This document shows, piece by piece, positions 62,931 to 64,000 of a stretch of 64,000 nt of DNA. The first letter of the stretch is position 1; the number at the start of each line of letters is the position of its first letter. The notes under the pieces are model-generated. The model ran no database searches. It saw only the letters and a program-made list of their open reading frames with translations, and had not been told where the DNA came from. This stretch comes from Leucoraja ocellata (lineage: Eukaryota), in NCBI GenBank assembly GCA_036785375.1, contig JAWMAR010000023.1, forward strand, positions 1,116,001 to 1,180,000. The letters run 5' to 3'. Made by a program: the position numbers and the translations under genes.

Positions 62931-64000
62931 TTATTAGTGAAGCATTCAAATGCCTGGAATTAACAAGTAGCATGACATTCGAACTCAGAGGCGTTTTATG
63001 CAGTCTAAGAATCTCTAACTAGTGGATTCCACACCATAACAATTAACTTAATGTAGAAAGTGAACTATAATCTGCTTTTATTCTTTACAGAGTGTTGCAA
63101 TTTTTTCTAACTACATTTAATCAGATTGTATTATTTTAAAGAGATCGACAGTTAAATTAAATATACAACTATTTTATTGCTTGTGCTCAAACCGTTGGTT
63201 TAATTGTTGCGAATGTGACCACTTAATCCATTGAAGAAAAAATCCAGATCATTTTGATTATAACAGGGAAAGGATGTAGTAGATCATGTAATGAGCCTCT
63301 CAACCCAAGGTTAGTTCTTAGTATTTTTAAGAATCTGTATATACCAATATTAATCTGTTTTTTCACATTTTGGCCTCTTTGTGTGTCTTAAAACACCCTT
63401 CGGTTCAGCATGATTTAATTTATTTGCTGGACTGGAGGATCTGTTCATTTTTGTTTAAACAAATAAGCTGGTGTTGTGGTCTAAGTGGGACTGTTGGAGG
63501 ATATATTGTCTCGCTTTGAAAACAAAGCCCAGAGGCATTGTTACTGGACTTTATTAATTATTTCATCAAATAGTTTTTGCATTTTTGCCTGTTAGGTATA
63601 AATATCTTGTTTAATCTTAATTGTATAATTACCCATCACAGGTAACATGGTTGCTACATTCAGTATAGGGTTGCTGTGACTTTTTTATGCTAATGGCTTC
63701 AATTTCCTTTGCTTTGGTTTCACATTTCGTGTACACTTTGCCAATCATTCTTCAGATGCCCTGCAAAGTTGTGGAAAATTTTGATTTTCCTCTTAACAGT
63801 GAATAATACGCAGGCTCTGCTCATAATTTACTTTCCTTGGTACATTGGGATCAGGAAACTTATGTAAACGCATCCTATCATTCTGTTCAGACATTTCAAG
63901 CTACCCTTAGTACAATTTCAATAATGATTTCATTTATGTAAACAAATTTGATGTCATTTAGCTTGGGTCAGAAATTTGATATTAAGCATTTGTCATGTGC

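Noticed and set aside
1-64000. CRISPR array, prokaryotic operon or defence system
   Set aside because: The DNA is eukaryotic with spliceosomal introns; the repeats are dispersed TEs, not regularly spaced repeat-spacer units.

Overview
AT-rich vertebrate genomic DNA. The repeat content (HE1/V-SINE-like SINE, CR1, Rex1/Babar, Neptune-type Penelope, Tc1) points to a cartilaginous fish, probably a skate or ray; that taxon call is inference. The whole window lies inside one + strand gene, EIF4G3 (eIF4GII). Ten coding exons chain in frame with GT-AG boundaries. They run from the N-terminal prion-like region, through the 21-nt neural microexon GGFRPIQ and the PABP-binding motif KREKKT|[20 protein letters not shown], to a large Glu-rich exon; the start and end of the gene are outside the window. 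The introns hold many TE fragments, a full-length Tc1 (IR/DR type), a deleted two-LTR Gypsy element and decayed Penelope-like elements. The most striking non-genic signal is a dispersed family of roughly 100-200 bp Penelope-derived inserts with long (13-18 bp) target-site duplications that carry a minimal hammerhead ribozyme motif (CUGAAGA-stem II-GAAAC-GUH). One copy is intact on the pre-mRNA strand and another forms an 82-bp hairpin. Several unannotated-looking splice options and a C/D-box (K-turn) versus hairpin switch are also flagged. Everything was read by eye; no database searches were run.
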